From contig NW_005434664.1 of NCBI RefSeq assembly GCF_000315625.1, forward strand, positions 398,345-462,344: a stretch of DNA of 64,000 bases, written 5' to 3'. This DNA is from Guillardia theta CCMP2712. Lineage: Eukaryota > Protista > Cryptophyta. The notes below the pieces were generated by a model, which searched no databases, was not told the origin of the DNA, and saw nothing but the letters and a program-made list of their open reading frames with translations. A program made the position numbers and the translations under genes. Shown in pieces: positions 59,840-64,000 of the stretch (positions within the stretch are counted from its first letter, which is position 1; every line of letters starts with the position of its first letter).

Positions 59840-62800
59840 ATGGCGCCCCCCAAGTTGGTGCGACCATCGACGGCAGGGACGGGGTTGCAGCCGAAACCTC
59901 CTCCCAGGTGAGATGCAGAGCCTTCACCTCCTTGCCTCTCTGCTCCTCTCCACACGCTCTCCTGATGCCTCAGTCCTGCACGTCATGCCCAAAAGATTTG
60001 AATCACCAGTCATCTCTGATCCAAAGTCATGCAGGGGGAACAGCAAGACCAGGAGGCCAAGAACGTCAAGGGAAGATCGTTTCTCAAAGAGCCCCAGCAT
60101 GAATTCAAATGAAGGGGAAAATCAAGACGAGACCCTCCAAATTCAGTCAACGCCCAGTGGGAAGAAGTACATCTTTCGTTTGAACAACGTGGCCATGGTG
60201 AACATTGATGAGAATGAAGTGCTAGAAGTAAGCTCAGATGAGGTGTGTGTACATTGTATTTCTTATCTGTCTAAGATACATCTCAGGATGATGGAGAATA
60301 CAATCATTTTGGCAATCGGGGAGGAAAGATAAACTCACCGAATGACGACCTCGGTTTCAACTTCTCGACCGACGAGATTCTGAAACTTGCGAATGCCATG
60401 ACGAATGTTGGAGGCATCCTGCAATTCGATGAGATTGAAAGTCCTGTAGAAGCGGGGAAGGATAACAGTACCACAGACAGCAGCTCATCAAAATCAAGCT
60501 CAGAATCTCACAAAGGTGAGATGGAGACGATGATGCTTTCTCGCGCTGCGAGAATGGATGCAGAGCCTGAACTATTCGTACACCATTCAATCGAGTTTTC
60601 TCACGATGACTCTCGCCATGAGCACACTGCCAGTGTCAGAGATCCAGGCAGCAGCGATCTTCAAGCGCCAAATCAGTCAGAGGAAGTTGTACTGCATAAG
60701 ATGTCAAGACCAAACCTTCACAAGCCCGAAAGTGAAACATTCGAACAAAGAGCGTCAATACATGAAAGAGTCAATGGGAGAACTGGAAGGAGGGAAAAGA
60801 GCGGTATTGAAGAATACAAACACGGCACGCGGCTAGAAAATAAGACAAAGACTCAGCCGATTCACAGCGATTCTTTTCAATCGTCTAAACAGTCAAGCTC
60901 ACAAATAACGACTAATCAACACATTGTGACCACGACAAAGCGATCGCAAGGAGTCAGCGCATTAAGGGAAAATTCAAAGCAAGTGCCAACTGTACACCTG
61001 CAGGGTAAAGAGGATGGACTGGCAGGCAACGATTATTACGCAGAAAGCAGATTGGACAACAAATCAACGCACAAAGCATCATTTCAGGAGCTATACCACA
61101 GCAAAACTGACCAAGATAAGATGTCGATCCAAGAAAAACAAAATGAAAACAGAAAGCTCAAGGAACAACAGATGTATGAATCAAATTACAATGGAAAAGT
61201 GAAGGCTGGAGAGATGAGAGAGGAGGAAGAGCTGGAAGACCCGCCCGCAGCTCACACTGACTCAACGCCCGTTGCCAGGCAGGCCCCTCATGTCGGGGAG
61301 CGGGAAGCTCAGGTGCACGAGGCCTCAGCGGCAGACGACGCGCGTGAGGGCGACGATGAGCCCGGATTGACCCGTGAGGACCACGCGACAGGCTTGAGGG
61401 GGGAGGGCTCGGCGCATCAGATCACGCAAGACGAGGAGGCAAAGGCTGACGACAAGACGCAGAAAGCAGATGTAGAGGAGCAAGCATCGCCGAGGCAGGA
61501 GGCGTCAGCAGGAGAAGGCGAGTTGAGGGACGCGAGTATCGCTGAGCACTCGAGGTATCCGCCTCAGGCAGTGGACCTCCTGGCAGCTGCACATGGAGGG
61601 ATTTCCGACCACCCCGCTTCTCGAGAGACCCCGGCGACAAGCGAGCAAGCTACCGATGCGCTGCAGGTCAAGGCAGGCAAGCAAACTAAGAAGCCAAAGC
61701 AGCCCAAGGCTAAGCCAGCAGCTGGTGAAGTCAAGGCTGGAGAGATGAGAGAGGAGGAAGAGCTGGAAGACCCGCCCGCAGCTCACACTGACTCAACGCC
61801 CGTTGCCAGGCAGGCCCCTCATGTCGGGGAGCGGGAAGCTCAGGTGCACGAGGCCTCAGCGGCAGACGACGCGCGTGAGGGCGACGATGAGCCCGGATTG
61901 ACCCGTGAGGACCACGCGACAGGCTTGAGGGGGGAGGGCTCGGCGCATCAGATCACGCAAGACGAGGAGGCAAAGGCTGACGACAAGACGCAGAAAGCAG
62001 ATGTAGAGGAGCAAGCATCGCCGAGGCAGGAGGCGTCAGCAGGAGAAGGCGAGTTGAGGGACGCGAGTATCGCTGAGCACTCGAGGTATCCGCCTCAGGC
62101 AGTGGACCTCCTGGCAGCTGCACATGGAGGGATTTCCGACCACCCCGCTTCTCGAGAGACCCCGGCGACAAGCGAGCAAGCTACCGATGCGCTGCAGGTC
62201 AAGGCAGGCAAGCAAACTAAGAAGCCAAAGCAGCCCAAGGCTAAGCCAGCAGCTGGTGAAGTCAAGGCTGGAGAGATGAGAGAGGAGGAAGAGCTGGAAG
62301 ACCCGCCCGCAGCTCACACTGACTCAACGCCCGTTGCCAGGCAGGCCCCTCATGTCGGGGAGCGGGAAGCTCAGGTGCACGAGGCCTCAGCGGCAGACGA
62401 CGCGCGTGAGGGCGACGATGAGCCCGGATTGACCCGTGAGGACCACGCGACAGGCTTGAGGGGGGAGGGCTCGGCGCATCAGATCACGCAAGACGAGGAG
62501 GCAAAGGCTGACGACAAGACGCAGAAAGCAGATGTAGAGGAGCAAGCATCGCCGAGGCAGAGGCGTCAGCAGGAGAAGCGAGTTGAGGGACGCGAGTATC
62601 GCTGAGCACTCGAGGTATCCGCTCAGGCAGTGGACCTCCTGGCAGCTGCACATGGAGGGATTTCCGACCACCCCCGCTTCTCGAGAGACCCCGGCGACAA
62701 GCGAGCAAGCTACCGATGCGCTGCAGGTCAAGGCAGGCAAGCAAACTAAGAAGCCAAAGCAGCCCAAGGCTAAGCCAGCAGCTGGTGAAGTCAAGGCTGG

Positions 62801-62954
62801 AGAGATGAGAGAGGAGGAAGAGCTGGAAGACCCGCCCGCAGCTCACACTGACTCAACGCCCGTTGCCAGGCAGGCCCCTCATGTCGGGGAGCGGGAAGCT
62901 CAGGTGCACGAGGCCTCAGCGGCAGACGACGCGCGTGAGCATGAATGTCAGTAA
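59840..62954 (+). CDS. Large, probably disordered acidic protein with 177-aa tandem repeats
   Basis: Exons MAPPKLVRP / ...EVSSDE / DDGEYNHF... join the 60398 ORF; apparent frameshifts in the third repeat. Confidence 0.65.
61202..62939 (+). repeat. 531-bp coding tandem repeat, about 3.3 copies
   Basis: Unit starts at 61202, 61733, 62264 and 62793. Confidence 0.95.
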
Positions 62955-63011
62955 GGCGGCAGCTCACTGGCGAAACCTTGCTCAGCCTCCTCCTCTCAGT
63001 CTTTCCTTCTC

Positions 63012-63482
63012 TCACTCGTTGTTCATGGAGTTCTCTTGCAAGTCCTTCTGTTGTTTGTCGAAGTCCTCGAGCTCTTTCCGTTGCTTCTCCTTCAGATTCT
63101 CCTCCAACGTCTTGATCTCTTTCGCCAGCGCCTTCTTCGCGTTCTTCTTCTCCAGCGTCCCCGCGCCCATGGCCTTCTTGTGGCTCTTCATCGAGTCCAG
63201 CTGGCAGCGCAGAGCTCGCCATTCCTTCTTGTGCCTCTGCAGGATCTTGCCGCGAGTCATGCCCTCCCCCTGCTCCTCTTCTCCCCCGGACCCCCCCTGC
63301 TCTTGCGTCCTCGCCTCTGCCGTCTCTTCCACTGTCGGCTCTCCGTCTTGCATCGCTTCCCCTTCCCTCAGCGTGTTGGCTGTAGACTTTTCTAGCATGT
63401 TGCATAAGTCGGTGATCCTGGTGGTGTCGCGGCCATAAGGGCTGAAGCGACTTGCTCCTCCCTTCTTCTTTGTCTTGCCCAT
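63012..63482 (-). CDS. Small basic coiled-coil protein resembling the N-terminus of OTUD6/Otu2
   Basis: MTRGKILQRHKKEWRALR...KKALAKEIKTLEENLKEKQRKELEDF; no OTU catalytic domain follows. Confidence 0.55.
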   Translation of the reverse strand: MGKTKKKGGASRFSPYGRDTTRITDLCNMLEKSTANTLREGEAMQDGEPTVEETAEARTQEQGGSGGEEEQGEGMTRGKILQRHKKEWRALRCQLDSMKSHKKAMGAGTLEKKNAKKALAKEIKTLEENLKEKQRKELEDFDKQQKDLQENSMNNE

Positions 63483-63859
63483 CCTCTCGATTCAACTGCC
63501 AGCGACCAATATTCAGTTCTCTGCGCTTCTTGTCCTGGAACTCCTTATCTCCTTAACATTCATTCCTTGAGAGCTCGTCTGTTTGCTCGCTATCCATCAC
63601 TTCTTCTCACAAAGCCGCACACTTATTGACTTAGAATCTCATTTCTTCATCGACCGTGTACTCTCTTGTGTCCTAGTTATTACAAACCTTGATTGAACCG
63701 AATGATTTGCTTTATTCCAGCAATGTTTGATGTTCTCTATTTCCTCACAATTCATCACTTCCGATATCTCACCTTCTCCGAAACCTTCTTATCCCTCCTC
63801 TCTTGCTTTTGCTTCTCGTCTCCGTCTGCCTCTCCTCCTGTCCTCTCTCGCTCTCTTGC

Positions 63860-63960
63860 TCTCCTCCTCCTCTCCTCCTCTCCTCCTCTCCTCCTCTCCT
63901 CCTCTCCTCCTCTCCTCCTCTCCTCCTCTCCTCCTCTCCTCCTCTCCTCCTCTCCTCCTC
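63860..63960. repeat. CT-rich 21-bp-period low-complexity tandem repeat
   Basis: Seen directly. Confidence 0.85.
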
Positions 63961-64000
63961 TCTTGTGTCTTTAACCAAAGGAAGATGATATGAGAGAATA

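Overview
Gene-dense eukaryotic nuclear DNA with many short (~45-70 nt) GT-AG introns and one 100-N assembly gap. Two genes carry bipartite 'AF'-type complex-plastid targeting signals and there is an RWP-RK expansion, which suggests a cryptophyte alga such as Guillardia or Hanusia (inference). Recognisable genes: a TPR protein, a double-UBA protein, a class I aldolase-like protein, proteasome activator PA200/Blm10, four RWP-RK transcription-factor paralogues, a FAM166/CIMIP2-like ciliary protein, a small plastid-targeted protein, ovothiol synthase OvoA, an RWD/DUF1115 protein, RPS5, Psb27, a BAR-SH3 protein, a Cys-rich/pentameric ligand-gated ion channel (pLGIC)-like fusion, a membrin-type SNARE, a 177-aa tandem-repeat protein and an OTUD6-N-terminus-like protein. 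A complete, very young 9.08-kb Ty1/copia LTR retrotransposon sits at 47456-56533 with an AGCCT target-site duplication. Best leads: (1) this element has TG...TA ends and a perfect 30-bp palindrome where the tRNA primer-binding site should be; (2) the aldolase has Leu in place of the Schiff-base Lys; (3) the divergent pLGIC-like channel is spliced in frame to a Cys-rich ectodomain. Exon models were read by eye, so gene ends are approximate where stated.
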